Assembly: GCA_938002255.1 (NCBI GenBank)
Contig: CALLAL010000034.1
Location: forward strand, 32,674-96,673
Length of the DNA stretch: 64,000 nt
Reading direction: 5' to 3'
Source: an uncultured bacterium
Lineage (GTDB): Bacteria; Desulfobacterota; BSN033; UBA1163
Shown: positions 1 through 10,042 of the stretch, piece after piece
How the letters are laid out: every line of letters begins with the position of its first letter
Position numbering within the stretch: position 1 is the stretch's first letter
Made by a program: the position numbers and the translations under genes
The notes under the pieces: model-generated
Told to the model about the DNA's origin: nothing
The model's input: only the letters and a program-made list of their open reading frames with translations
Database searches by the model: none

Positions 1-10
1 AAGCATCTTG

Positions 11-952
11 TTAATCTCTGAGCATTCTACCTGTCAAATGGATAAACACCGTTTCCAAATTCGGTTCCGAAAGAAAGAGGGTTTTGAGCTTTACCTCGTT
101 GGTCTTCATCAGATCCAGAACCTCTTTGGAAGACTGCTCGGTTTGGTCTGTTTCGAGGTGAAGAATACTCTTTTGCTCATCCAGAAACGTGACTTTACCA
201 ATCCCTTTTATCTGTTCAATTAAATAGTCCTCAATCACGCCGTTAAATTCCAGCTGGATCATCCCCTTGCCGAAATCTCGAATGAGTTGGGCAGGAGTAT
301 CAAGGGCAATCATCTTCCCCTGATCTATAATAGCAACGCGATCACACAGGCGTTGGGCTTCCTCAATATAGTGGGTAGTGTATAAAATGGTTACTCCAGA
401 TTGATTCAAGGAACGGATGCTATTTAAAATCGCCCTTCGGCTCTGGGGGTCGACCCCCACGGTGGGTTCGTCAAGGACAAGCAGTTTCGGCTCATGAAGA
501 AGTCCTGTCGCAATATTAAGCCGTCGTTTCATCCCGTTCGATAAAGTCCCAACAGGTTGCCGGGAGCGATCGGTTAATGAAACCAGCTTCAGGACATCAG
601 TAATACGCTCTTCTAAACGCTTCCCTGATAATCCATAGATTCTTCCGAAAAAAGCAAGATTATCACGGGCGGTCAGGGTGGGATACAGAGCAACGTTTTG
701 AGGGACTAACCCAATTTTTGTTTTGGCTTCCATGGGGTTGGAAAAGAGATCCATTCCATCGATGACAATCTGACCTCGCTGGGGAGGAATGAATCCGCAT
801 AACAGCCCGATGGTCGTCGTCTTACCTGCACCATTGGGGCCTAAGAGACCAAAACATTCTCCTCGATGGATGTCGAAGGTTAACCCTTGAACTGCATCGA
901 TCGTGCCAAAGCTTTTCCAAAGATCTTTGACAAGAAGCATGGAGGAGCTCAT
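11..952 (-). CDS. ABC exporter ATP-binding protein (DrrA/CcmA-like)
   Basis: Walker A GPNGAGKTT, signature LSNGMKRR, Walker B LLVLDEPT. Start moved to ATG 952 to avoid overlap with the upstream gene. A further ATG at 6 probably starts the permease off the window. Confidence 0.9.
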   Translation of the reverse strand: MSSSMLLVKDLWKSFGTIDAVQGLTFDIHRGECFGLLGPNGAGKTTTIGLLCGFIPPQRGQIVIDGMDLFSNPMEAKTKIGLVPQNVALYPTLTARDNLAFFGRIYGLSGKRLEERITDVLKLVSLTDRSRQPVGTLSNGMKRRLNIATGLLHEPKLLVLDEPTVGVDPQSRRAILNSIRSLNQSGVTILYTTHYIEEAQRLCDRVAIIDQGKMIALDTPAQLIRDFGKGMIQLEFNGVIEDYLIEQIKGIGKVTFLDEQKSILHLETDQTEQSSKEVLDLMKTNEVKLKTLFLSEPNLETVFIHLTGRMLRD

Positions 953-962
953 CGTCAGAATC

Positions 963-1457
963 CTATGGTGTCCTTCCAAAACGGTCTAACAGATGTCCAA
1001 AGCGATATCGGTTGTACCTTTGCACGAGGATGAAAGGAATATTTTCGGTTAGGGCATAAAGAATCATAAAAAAGCCTACCCATCTTGGATTCCATAAGAA
1101 GAACAGAGGGGAAAAGAGGATGAAGATCCAATGCGTTGCCTCCGCACGACAGGTCTCAGCCCTGAAGGTTTCAAAATAGATCTTGCTTTTCCCGTCGAGT
1201 TGCTTTTTTCGAAACCCCAGCGTTCCGAGAAACTTCGCCCCATCTGGAAGATGTCGTTTCCACGTTTTAATTTTAAAAACCTCCTGATAAAGATCTCCCT
1301 CTTTTTCCCATCTTCTCCCTCGATATAGCCAATGATTCGGATTGAAATGGTGCGCCGGAACCCTGACCATAAGGGCCACGACTCCGATGTGAATCACGAA
1401 CCAGATCACAAAATCAATGACAATCGTCCAAAACGTGGGAAGATGAATGAGCCTCAC
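963..1457 (-). CDS. Glycosyl-4,4'-diaponeurosporenoate acyltransferase (CrtO-like)
   Basis: IKTWKRHLPDG, ETCRAEATHW and NIPFILVQRYNR motifs typical of the CrtO family. Confidence 0.8.
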   Translation of the reverse strand: MRLIHLPTFWTIVIDFVIWFVIHIGVVALMVRVPAHHFNPNHWLYRGRRWEKEGDLYQEVFKIKTWKRHLPDGAKFLGTLGFRKKQLDGKSKIYFETFRAETCRAEATHWIFILFSPLFFLWNPRWVGFFMILYALTENIPFILVQRYNRYRFGHLLDRFGRTP

Positions 1458-1461
1458 GATT

Positions 1462-2580
1462 CTATGATTCCCTCATACCGGTCTTAACTTCCCTTCCTTT
1501 CCAGCGAACCTTACGCAAGACGAAGATACGCAGGAGGGAGGTCATAAAAACGATCACGAAAAAGATAAGAGGGATCTGGAAAAGAAGGGCGGTTGAGAAT
1601 CCAAAATTTCCTATTCGGAAAAGCATCCAGTGAAGTTGGAGGATATAAAGCACATCGATGATAAGCCAACCCAGAAGATCGACCCAATCTCCTAAAACGA
1701 ACGATTGGACCAACTGTCTGGTCACCCCCATCCCACCAAAAATCCAGCCGACCACCATGAAGAGACTGATCAAAGACATTGCCTTGGCTCCTGTCCCAAA
1801 CCCTTTACTAAACCCTTCGATCAAGGATCGTAATCCTCCGGGGTACATGCGAAACGTAAGCGTTCCTTTTCCTCCAAAACACTGAACTCCCTTGTTATGT
1901 TTTAGAAACTCTTTGCCGATCACGAGGCTTTCCAAAACCGCATTCCGGGCTTTTTGATGACCTCCGACCTGAAAATAATCTTCCCTCGAGCAGATTATGC
2001 AGGGGCCAAAAGCCCCTTTAGGTTTCACCCTTGAACCGAAAAGAGTAAAGGCATTGATCCCTGCCATTGTAATAATGTTGAAGATTGCAGAAAGTCGCTC
2101 ATACAGTTTTTCCATTTTGTGGTAAGGCTGAATGGATAAGAGTCCCCCCTTTTCAAGATAGGTGAATACGATCTTTTCAAGACCTTCGGATTGAAAGATC
2201 GTATCGGCATCTAAAAAGAGAAAGAGATCTCCTGTTGCCTGTTGGGCTCCTTGCCAGCACGCCCAATTTTTTCCGGTCCAACCTTCTGGTAGGTCGGTAG
2301 ATGAAATCACTTTACAACCATTTCTCTTTCCCACCTCCGCTGTCCCATCCTTGGATTGATCATCGATGACAAGAATCTCATGGGGTTTGAAACGCTGAAG
2401 GTGTATGGAAGTAAGTAAATGGCTGAGGGTTTGCTCTTCATTTCGAGCAGGAATGAGGATAGAGAGTTTTGGAAACGGGAATGAGAGGGGTTTCCTTTTT
2501 GTAAGGAAAGGTATGTTCCATAAAAAAAAGAAACCGAGACACCAGAAGAACAAGAGAAGATAGAATTTATCTGGAAACAT
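1462..2580 (-). CDS. GT2 glycosyltransferase (CrtQ-like)
   Basis: IPARNEE, DDQSKDGT, LPEGWTGKNWAC, FLDAD, FRMY, C-terminal TM helices and WKGR. Confidence 0.85.
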   Translation of the reverse strand: MFPDKFYLLLFFWCLGFFFLWNIPFLTKRKPLSFPFPKLSILIPARNEEQTLSHLLTSIHLQRFKPHEILVIDDQSKDGTAEVGKRNGCKVISSTDLPEGWTGKNWACWQGAQQATGDLFLFLDADTIFQSEGLEKIVFTYLEKGGLLSIQPYHKMEKLYERLSAIFNIITMAGINAFTLFGSRVKPKGAFGPCIICSREDYFQVGGHQKARNAVLESLVIGKEFLKHNKGVQCFGGKGTLTFRMYPGGLRSLIEGFSKGFGTGAKAMSLISLFMVVGWIFGGMGVTRQLVQSFVLGDWVDLLGWLIIDVLYILQLHWMLFRIGNFGFSTALLFQIPLIFFVIVFMTSLLRIFVLRKVRWKGREVKTGMRES

Positions 2581-2603
2581 GGAGAAATGTTTAAACGATT
2601 GAT

Positions 2604-3518
2604 TCAGATTGATGAGCCCACAATACTTTGTAAGGCCTGACGGATATCAGGGTATGAAAAAACAAAACCCTTCTCCATCAACTTCTTGGGAATGACCCGC
2701 TGCCCTTCCAGAATGACTGACCCAAATTCTCCTAAAACCAGTTTAATCATAAATCCCGGTGCAGGCATAAACGAAGGACGGTGCAGAACCTCCCCGAGGG
2801 CTCTGGCAAGATCTCTATTCCTCACAGGATTGGGAGCACAGAGATTGACTGGACCTGAAATCTCCGGATGCTTGATCAAAAAGATAAAGGCCTCTGTTAG
2901 ATCTTTGATGTGAACCCATGAGAACCACTGCTTCCCGCTTCCAATGGGCCCCCCAATGTATTTCTTGAAAAGAGGAATCATTTGACCGAGGGCACCGCCT
3001 TTTTCTCCTAAGACAATGCCAAAACGGGTGATCACCACCCGAACTCCTTTATCACTGGCTTTAAAAGCTTCCTCCTCCCATTCGACGGCAATGCGGGCTA
3101 AAAAATCCGTTCCAGGAGGGGACTCCTCCGATAATTCTTCGTCTCCGCGAAAACCGTAGTAACCAACTGCTGAAGTGCTGAAAAAGGTAAAGGGGGGGTC
3201 ACGATGGGTCGGTATGCCCTCCACAATATTCTGAGTGGTAAAAACCCGACTCTCACGAATAGCTCGTTTATGTTCATCCGTCCACTTACTGAAGATGGAA
3301 GCGCCTGCGAGATTGATAACCGCATCGTGATCTTTGATGGACTGTTGCCATGGACCTTTTTGGGTTGGATCCCCCTCTAAATAGGAAATTCCTGGCAAGG
3401 CTTTTTTTGCTCCTTTCAGAGAACGAGTGAGGATCGTGATCTCATGACCATCCTGACTCAAACGGTTAAATAGCTGTGTCCCAACAAACCCTGTGCCCCC
3501 CGTCATCAGAATTTTCAT
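2604..3518 (-). CDS. TIGR01777/YfcH family NAD-dependent epimerase
   Basis: TGGTGFVG, INLAGASI, SAVGYYG, GSGKQWFSWVH. Confidence 0.9.
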   Translation of the reverse strand: MKILMTGGTGFVGTQLFNRLSQDGHEITILTRSLKGAKKALPGISYLEGDPTQKGPWQQSIKDHDAVINLAGASIFSKWTDEHKRAIRESRVFTTQNIVEGIPTHRDPPFTFFSTSAVGYYGFRGDEELSEESPPGTDFLARIAVEWEEEAFKASDKGVRVVITRFGIVLGEKGGALGQMIPLFKKYIGGPIGSGKQWFSWVHIKDLTEAFIFLIKHPEISGPVNLCAPNPVRNRDLARALGEVLHRPSFMPAPGFMIKLVLGEFGSVILEGQRVIPKKLMEKGFVFSYPDIRQALQSIVGSSI

Positions 3519-3661
3519 AACTCCCCCCTTCCCCCTCTAAAGAAGGCTGTGTCGTAATTTCGTTCATTCCGCCCTGAGCCTGACGAAGGCCAACCGGGGC
3601 ATTATGGCATGGTTACAAGGCAAAGAGAGGGCAAACAACTATATAAAAGAATAAAAAATTC

Positions 3662-4051
3662 CTACTGTTTGTCTCCGATTAAAGGCAACACTTTATCAAT
3701 TCGAAAATAGACAAGATACTTGATCGTATCTTTATAAACGGTATAGGCAGGACAGCTATCTTTCCGCCGAAGTTGGTCGATAAGAGCAGGGTCTTTCTCT
3801 TCCTTAATTTTTGTCAGATAGAGCCTCTTCCCAGCATATCCTTTCTTCTCTTCCATGAATAGATAGGCAGCATGAATATTGGACTGGAGATTCTTGTGCA
3901 TTAAACGATCTGCCATAATGAAGGCAATGGTCTTTTCAGTAATAAAATGAGGTCTCCCATAAATAGCCAATCCTACTTTGCCGTTAGCATCTGCAGTAGC
4001 AATCACACCCCGTCCTTTGGTCTTCTCAAAATATTCGCTCAGCTTCATCAT
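3662..4051 (-). CDS. Pyridoxamine 5'-phosphate oxidase-like FMN-binding protein
   Basis: GVIATADANG...AIYGRPH, NLQSN, GKRLYL; AGGAGG RBS. Confidence 0.75.
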   Translation of the reverse strand: MMKLSEYFEKTKGRGVIATADANGKVGLAIYGRPHFITEKTIAFIMADRLMHKNLQSNIHAAYLFMEEKKGYAGKRLYLTKIKEEKDPALIDQLRRKDSCPAYTVYKDTIKYLVYFRIDKVLPLIGDKQ

Positions 4052-4122
4052 ACACCTCCTTTTTTTGAGTGAATAGGAATATTAAAATTATACTAACCTA
4101 AAATTTTCCAAAAAAACATCAT

Positions 4123-5472
4123 TTATTGCAGTTGATCAATTTTTCTTACATATTGATCTGCGTCAAATTTCCTTTCCAATCCTTTGTCATTCATATATCG
4201 AACGGTGCCAAAGACGGGTCTCTCCCCCCACGGGCGGTCGTGCTTTCCAAAACACCAAGCTACACCGGTGAACCCATTGGGGTCTCTCCCGTCCAGTTCA
4301 TATTTGTTGTTGAGATAAAGGGCGGTGTGAAACGCCTCTTGAGGAGATTGGCTCCATTCCAATAGCTTCTTCCCCCAGTACATCCGCATATACCCATGCA
4401 TCTTACCCGTGATCACCATTTCTTTCTGAGCCGCATTCCAATAGGGGTCATGGGTTTCAGCCTTCTCCAGTTGTTCAAGGGTGTAGAGGTGTGGCCGTTT
4501 ATCTCGTTGATGGGTTCTTAAAGATTTTTTCGCCCATTCAGGAAGGGCTTCAAAAGAATCATATCGTTCATTATAAAATACGAAGTTCATGCTCAATTCT
4601 CTCCGGACGATCAGCTCTTCGAGAAAAGCCTCCACCCCTGGACTCTTCATCTGTTTTACCTTTAAAGCAATGTCAAGGGGAGAAATCTGTCCAAAGTGTA
4701 AATAGGGACTCATATGGGAGAGATAATCAAGGGTGGGATCGTTTCTATGCTCTGGATATCTGTCCAGCTTTTCTTCTAAAAAAACTTCAAGATGCCTGTA
4801 GGCTTCTTGAGTTCCTCCTCGGAATGAGTTCATGCTTCTAACGCTTCGATCGATCCGAAGCCTTGAAAGGGTTTTTTCAATGTCTTCAATCTCAAATGAG
4901 TTGAAGTCCATGGATAGGGAAGAAATGGCTGGCTCACCGGACGGAAGGGGAATTAAAAAACGGTTAAGTTTTTTATGAATTTTGGGCCGAAGGGTTGCTG
5001 CTGCATATTCTTCTTTTGATGAGGCTTCTTCAACGGGAATAACCACATCGCTTTCAACCTGAATCAATGGACAATTGATTCTTTCCGCAACAGTCTTTCT
5101 CCAGTGTCTCTGGATATTCAGATACCCCCGATCTACCACAACAAGCGATGCATGGTTAGCCATTTGGATGGCCCCCTTTTCGGGAGATTCATGCCTTATG
5201 ACCATCTGAATCTTTCTCTCTCTGAGAGATCGTTGGGTCTCTTTAAGGCCTTCGAGCATGAAGGCATAATGTCTCTCATTGGCCTCTGGAAAATGGTCGG
5301 TAATTCCAAAGAAGACGATGAGAGGTTGATGAAGTTCATTGGCTTTTAAGATGGCGTATTCAAGGGCATGATTATACGCTGCCCTCTGTGACGCCTGCAT
5401 CCAATAAAGGATATAGGTTCTCTTCTTGACCTCTGTTTGATTGAGAACCTTAATCCTCTCTTTTTGAATCAC
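4123..5472 (-). CDS. phr: Class II CPD DNA photolyase
   Basis: YWMQ...R..YNHAL, SHMSPYLHFGQIS, EELIVRRELS, THDPYWNAAQ, GKMHGYMRMYW, LDGRDPNG. Confidence 0.93.
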   Translation of the reverse strand: MIQKERIKVLNQTEVKKRTYILYWMQASQRAAYNHALEYAILKANELHQPLIVFFGITDHFPEANERHYAFMLEGLKETQRSLRERKIQMVIRHESPEKGAIQMANHASLVVVDRGYLNIQRHWRKTVAERINCPLIQVESDVVIPVEEASSKEEYAAATLRPKIHKKLNRFLIPLPSGEPAISSLSMDFNSFEIEDIEKTLSRLRIDRSVRSMNSFRGGTQEAYRHLEVFLEEKLDRYPEHRNDPTLDYLSHMSPYLHFGQISPLDIALKVKQMKSPGVEAFLEELIVRRELSMNFVFYNERYDSFEALPEWAKKSLRTHQRDKRPHLYTLEQLEKAETHDPYWNAAQKEMVITGKMHGYMRMYWGKKLLEWSQSPQEAFHTALYLNNKYELDGRDPNGFTGVAWCFGKHDRPWGERPVFGTVRYMNDKGLERKFDADQYVRKIDQLQ

Positions 5473-5476
5473 GTCT

Positions 5477-5953
5477 TTACCTGTTTAATGTCCAGAGAAA
5501 GAAATTGAGAACGGTAGCAAAACTGACCCATAAGAGATAAGGGAGAAGGAGCAGTCCCGCCCAAATGGAAACCTTAAAGAAGGTGACGATCGTCAAAAGA
5601 ATGGCTAACCAGAGAAAAAGGATGTCAATCAAACCCAGCAGAGGTGATTTTAGGCCGAAAAAAGCAATAGACCAAAGGGTATTGAGAGTCAATTGTATGA
5701 AGAAAAACATAAGGGCGGTCTTGACATAGGGCTGTCCCTCCCTTCTCCAGATTAAAAAGAGAGAGATTCCCATCAGCACAAAAAGGCTGATCCAGACCGG
5801 GCTAAAGACCCAATTGGGAGGGGTAAACGACGGTTTGCTTAATTCGGCATACCAATTGGGGATTGCAGGGGTGGTGAAAAGAGAACCCAAAAATCCAGCC
5901 ACCTGACAGATCAGAAGGCTTCCTAACAGTTTGAGAATATCATAAACTTTCAT
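5477..5953 (-). CDS. tspO: TspO/MBR tryptophan-rich sensory protein
   Basis: WYAELSKPSFTPPNWVF, LNTLWS, LLPYLLWVSFA. Start placed at ATG 5953. Confidence 0.9.
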   Translation of the reverse strand: MKVYDILKLLGSLLICQVAGFLGSLFTTPAIPNWYAELSKPSFTPPNWVFSPVWISLFVLMGISLFLIWRREGQPYVKTALMFFFIQLTLNTLWSIAFFGLKSPLLGLIDILFLWLAILLTIVTFFKVSIWAGLLLLPYLLWVSFATVLNFFLWTLNR

Positions 5954-6003
5954 CTCTTTTCGCCATTGATCGATACCAGCAACCCTCTTTATTCCTGGCC
6001 CGA

Positions 6004-6177
6004 TCAATCCAAGGGCATGGGATTACAAAGGTTTTCTGCTGAGTCTGCAACGCGCCCGCAGTTAAAGCAGATGTGTTTTGGGTTTTTGGTCAGTCCTTTG
6101 ATGAGATCAAATTTTTCGTTGCTCGCCAGTACACAGAGGTGTCCTTTATGATCTCCTCGGCAAGTTTTTTCTTCCAT
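6004..6177 (-). CDS. Small Cys/His-rich putative metal-binding protein (57 aa)
   Basis: AGGAGG RBS before ATG 6177; HKGHLC...CFNC...NLCNP; co-oriented with neighbours. Confidence 0.7.
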   Translation of the reverse strand: MEEKTCRGDHKGHLCVLASNEKFDLIKGLTKNPKHICFNCGRVADSAENLCNPMPLD

Positions 6178-6274
6178 ATTTTCCTCCTGATTTTTACTCA
6201 TGGTAGGAAAATCATACCTTTTCCCAAATCCTCTTTCAAGCCTTTTGTTGAAAGGGGAATCGATTTTCCTGTGA

Positions 6275-6883
6275 TCATTGTTTTGAAAAAGGTTCCCATG
6301 ACCTTTTCGAGAGAGGAATCAAATCCAGGAACTGTTTCAGGATCCGTGCGGTCGCCCCCCAGATGATATGTTCTCCGTATTGATAAGCAAAGACAATTTC
6401 TCTTCGGCCCGCCCGTGTAATTTCACGTTCTGAAAAATTTCCCTGGTCGAGTAAAAGGGAAAGGGGGACTTCAATCAATTCGGCAATTTCAATCTGACTT
6501 GTTTGAAAAGGATAAGGGTACGGGAAAAGACCGACCACAGGAGTTACAATAAACTGGGTCACCGTAATAATATCATCCAATAATCCAACGATCTGAACAT
6601 CCTTTTCCTTTAACCCAATTTCCTCATCTGCCTCCCGAAGAGCCGTCTTCTCTAAATTTAAATCATTATCATCGGCCATTCCACCTGGGAAAGAAATCTC
6701 CCCTTTATGATATTTAACGAGATCGGTTCTTTTGGTGAAGAGAAGATGGCACGACCCATTCTTATTGAAAAGAGGGACAAGGACCGCGGCTCGAGCAAAA
6801 GAGAGGTGATCCACGACTTTTCTTTGCCTGTTGGCAAGGAGGCTTCTGATCTCTTCGACAAACTCTTGTTTGCAGAACTCCAT
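6275..6883 (-). CDS. Nudix CoA pyrophosphatase (NudL-like)
   Basis: AAVLVPL, LLFTKR, GEISFPGG, ALREADEEIG, IWGATARIL. Confidence 0.9.
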   Translation of the reverse strand: MEFCKQEFVEEIRSLLANRQRKVVDHLSFARAAVLVPLFNKNGSCHLLFTKRTDLVKYHKGEISFPGGMADDNDLNLEKTALREADEEIGLKEKDVQIVGLLDDIITVTQFIVTPVVGLFPYPYPFQTSQIEIAELIEVPLSLLLDQGNFSEREITRAGRREIVFAYQYGEHIIWGATARILKQFLDLIPLSKRSWEPFSKQ

Positions 6884-6967
6884 TTCCCCCTCTCATTCTC
6901 ACCATGATCTCCCCTTTGATCGGAAGATTGAAACGGTTTTTTCGGGGAGTATCAAGGGAAAGCTTCG

Positions 6968-7534
6968 TTAGGAAATGTCCTTTAAAAATTGATCCAGGCT
7001 CATAATCCTCAAGAGAGGATAGAGGGCGAAGTCCCGATAGAGATCGAGACAGGTTTCATGAATGGTTTGATGACGACTGGCGCAACCATCCTCTAAAATA
7101 ATAACTGAAAAGTCATGGCAAAGCCCGTCCATCGCAGTTGTCAGGACGCAACACTCAGTGGTAATTCCGGTGACCACAATCGTATCCACCCCCCAGGTGC
7201 GGAGGGTTTGATCCAGATCGGTCTTAAAAAAGGCGCTGAAACGCCTCTTGGGTAAAACCATATCTGTTGGTTCCGGCTTCAGATCCTCGATGACCTCAGC
7301 GCCCTCAGTCCCCCGAAGGGAGCGAACCTTCATCTTCCCCTTAAAGATGAAGTCCTCTTTTAAAAAACTATCACAGGCAAAAATGATGGGATACCCTCTC
7401 TTGCGACTTTCACTTAAAAGGCGCTGAAGTGTGGGAAGGATCCGCCTGGCTTCCTGAGCGATCGGTGGCCGGGATCCCTCTTTGAAGGTATCCTTCAACA
7501 TATCAACGACAACGATGGCTGGCTTCATAAACAT
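6968..7534 (-). CDS. Cysteine hydrolase / isochorismatase family protein
   Basis: VVDM, KRRFSAF, GITTECCV. Confidence 0.88.
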   Translation of the reverse strand: MFMKPAIVVVDMLKDTFKEGSRPPIAQEARRILPTLQRLLSESRKRGYPIIFACDSFLKEDFIFKGKMKVRSLRGTEGAEVIEDLKPEPTDMVLPKRRFSAFFKTDLDQTLRTWGVDTIVVTGITTECCVLTTAMDGLCHDFSVIILEDGCASRHQTIHETCLDLYRDFALYPLLRIMSLDQFLKDIS

Positions 7535-7588
7535 TGCTCCTCAACCCTCTCTCCCTTCACTCTCAGATCCGTCTTTTGCCTTCAGCCC

Positions 7589-7620
7589 TTTCCCTAAAAA
7601 GCGATCGCTTTTTAGGGAAA
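7589..7620. repeat. Perfect 32-bp palindrome, possible terminator
   Basis: TTTCCCTAAAAAGCGA|TCGCTTTTTAGGGAAA, 14 bp past the tatD stop codon. Confidence 0.7.
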
Positions 7621-7633
7621 ATTTTAGACTGGG

Positions 7634-8425
7634 TTAAATGAAAAGAAATTCATTCCTCAAGTTTAATCGAAATACCTTTAGAGCATTTCGGGTGGTCAGC
7701 TCTGCCACTGTTTCAAAAGGAACCTTTTTGATCTCTGCTATTTTTTGAGCTGTATAACGCACATACCCAGGCTCATTTCGTTTGCCTCGAAAAGGAACCG
7801 GGGTTAAGAAGGGGGCGTCCGTCTCCACCAGAAGAGAGTCTAAAGGAAGTTTTTTAATAATTTCATGATAAGGACCAGCATTTTTATAGGTGATACTTCC
7901 GGAAATGGAGATATAAAAACCCATATCAATACACGTGGTTGCCATTTGCTCGTCTCCTGAAAAACAGTGGATAATCCCTCCGTTTTCCCAACCCTTTTCT
8001 TCTTTCAAAATCTCCAGAGTTTCCTGGTGGGCTTCCCGGTCATGGACGACAATCGGAAGCTTCAGTTCCTTTGCCAGTCCGATCTGTTCCCGAAATCGTT
8101 TGAGTTGGATCTCCCGGGGAGAGTGGTTTCGAAAGAAGTCTAATCCAATCTCTCCATAAGCCCTCACCTTTTCATGCTGACAGAGGTTTTTCAGAACAGA
8201 ATAAGTTTTCTCGTCAATCTCCTTGGCATGATGAGGATGGACTCCCAAAATGGCGTAGATCGATGAGCAGGATTGAGCAATCTCCAGCGCTCTTTTCCAG
8301 TCCCCTGGGTCTGTCCCAACTGTGAAAATAAATTCGACACCCGAGTCCTTCGCCCTTTGAAGGACTTCCGTTAAATCCTTTCTAAACTCAGGCATCTCCA
8401 GATGGGCATGAGAATCGATCAGCAT
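7634..8425 (-). CDS. tatD: TatD family hydrolase
   Basis: IDSHAH, GVHPH, GEIGLD, VHDRE, IHCFSG, ETDAP. Confidence 0.93.
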   Translation of the reverse strand: MLIDSHAHLEMPEFRKDLTEVLQRAKDSGVEFIFTVGTDPGDWKRALEIAQSCSSIYAILGVHPHHAKEIDEKTYSVLKNLCQHEKVRAYGEIGLDFFRNHSPREIQLKRFREQIGLAKELKLPIVVHDREAHQETLEILKEEKGWENGGIIHCFSGDEQMATTCIDMGFYISISGSITYKNAGPYHEIIKKLPLDSLLVETDAPFLTPVPFRGKRNEPGYVRYTAQKIAEIKKVPFETVAELTTRNALKVFRLNLRNEFLFI

Positions 8426-8525
8426 GGTTAGGAGGGCATCAGGATTTCAATCGATCCGGATAACGGGCTAAACCATCTTTTAGGAATTTCTCCTTGATCC
8501 CCGCATGACCTGATTTCCTGTTATC

Positions 8526-9077
8526 CTATTTTTTAGTGCCGGTGGTTTTCACCTGATTGAAATAATCAATGAATGACTTAGCCAACTCTCTCGATTTGAT
8601 TAGAACAGAAACCTCATTGTTGCTAGTCAGTGAAGAAAAAACCCAATTCGTGCTTCCGATCAGACTCCACTGTTCATCCGCCACCAAAGATTTGGCATGC
8701 ATCGTTTTGAAGAGGGGATCATAGATCACCTCCACTCCCCCTTCGGATAAGATTTTCCCAGCCATGTGATTTCGTTTGGTGGTTCGATCATCCCCCTCTT
8801 TGACCTCCAGGATCACCTCGACCTTCACTCCCCGTCTTTTTGCTTCGATCAACTCTTTGATTAACAAATTTGAAGGCGTATTCGGATACTTCTCATAATA
8901 TCCCATCTCGAACATCATTACCCGGATGGAAGATTTTGCTTCGCGAATCATCTTTCTCGCTGTTTCAAAATACTGAGCATCGGTTACGAGCTGCACATCC
9001 TCAGCGGGAAGACTAATCGAAGGAATAGGATAGAAGGTAGAAAGCCACACAAAAACCATAAAGGCAAATTTTCTCAT
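8526..9077 (-). CDS. Phospholipase D-like (Nuc-type) protein with signal peptide
   Basis: Single HKD motif HAKSLVAD followed by GSTNW and NNE; hydrophobic N-terminus. Confidence 0.82.
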   Translation of the reverse strand: MRKFAFMVFVWLSTFYPIPSISLPAEDVQLVTDAQYFETARKMIREAKSSIRVMMFEMGYYEKYPNTPSNLLIKELIEAKRRGVKVEVILEVKEGDDRTTKRNHMAGKILSEGGVEVIYDPLFKTMHAKSLVADEQWSLIGSTNWVFSSLTSNNEVSVLIKSRELAKSFIDYFNQVKTTGTKK

Positions 9078-10042
9078 TGACGTAACTCCTCGATGGAGCT
9101 GGCGCGGCGAAGGCGATCCATGATGGCCCTTCCCAAACCTATTTCAGGCACCGATTCTGCCAGAATCAAATCCAGACTCGACGCATCCAGACGACGAAGG
9201 GCACCAAAGAGATTAGCCGCGGCTTCTCTTAAATCGCCCTTCTCTGAAAGGACTTCAACCTGACTGAATCTCAAAGTAGGTTTGATCTTACAAAATGCAA
9301 GCAACCCTATCTTTTTATTGCCATAACGGGCGATATCCTCCTCAGACCCATCAAGCAAAATGGGGGTCCTCGGAGAATAATGTTTCGGGAGCATCCCTGG
9401 AGCGATAGGCCTCTCCTGATTCAGCGAACCGACCTTAACGTTTCCGATAACGGATTCGATCTCTTCAAGGGCAATTCCCCCTGGCCTCAAAAGCAGCGGC
9501 TCTTCTTCAACAAAAGAGACGATCGTGGACTCCACGCCCACCTCGCAGGGACCTCCATCTAAAATGAGATCCACCTCATGTCCCAACTGATCTCGGACGT
9601 GGTCAGCAGTCGTAGGACTCACATACCCAAAAGGATTGGCACTCGGAGCCGCTATAGGGCGGCCTGATTCTTTAATCAAATCTAAAGCCATGGGATGTTT
9701 GGGCATCCTGACCGCAACGGATGGAAGGCCCGCTGTAGCAATCTCCGGAACTTCCTCCTTTTTAAAAAGGACAAGGGTTAAAGGTCCGGGCCAGAACTGT
9801 TCCATTAATCTGATGGCTTTCGATGGAATCTCCACGACCAATCGGGTGAGATCATGATGACTGGCGACATGAACAATTAATGGATCAAAATAAGGCCTCT
9901 TTTTTACTTCAAAGATCCGAGCCACTGCTATGGGATTAAAGGCATCCGCTCCCAATCCATAGACCGTCTCGGTCGGAAATGCGACAATCCCTCCCCCTCG
10001 GATGATCGTTGCAGCCTTATGAATTGCTTCATCCTTCGTCAT
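9074..10042 (-). CDS. tsaC: L-threonylcarbamoyladenylate synthase (Sua5 type)
   Basis: [33 protein letters not shown] and a C-terminal SUA5 domain. Confidence 0.93.
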   Translation of the reverse strand: MTKDEAIHKAATIIRGGGIVAFPTETVYGLGADAFNPIAVARIFEVKKRPYFDPLIVHVASHHDLTRLVVEIPSKAIRLMEQFWPGPLTLVLFKKEEVPEIATAGLPSVAVRMPKHPMALDLIKESGRPIAAPSANPFGYVSPTTADHVRDQLGHEVDLILDGGPCEVGVESTIVSFVEEEPLLLRPGGIALEEIESVIGNVKVGSLNQERPIAPGMLPKHYSPRTPILLDGSEEDIARYGNKKIGLLAFCKIKPTLRFSQVEVLSEKGDLREAAANLFGALRRLDASSLDLILAESVPEIGLGRAIMDRLRRASSIEELRQ

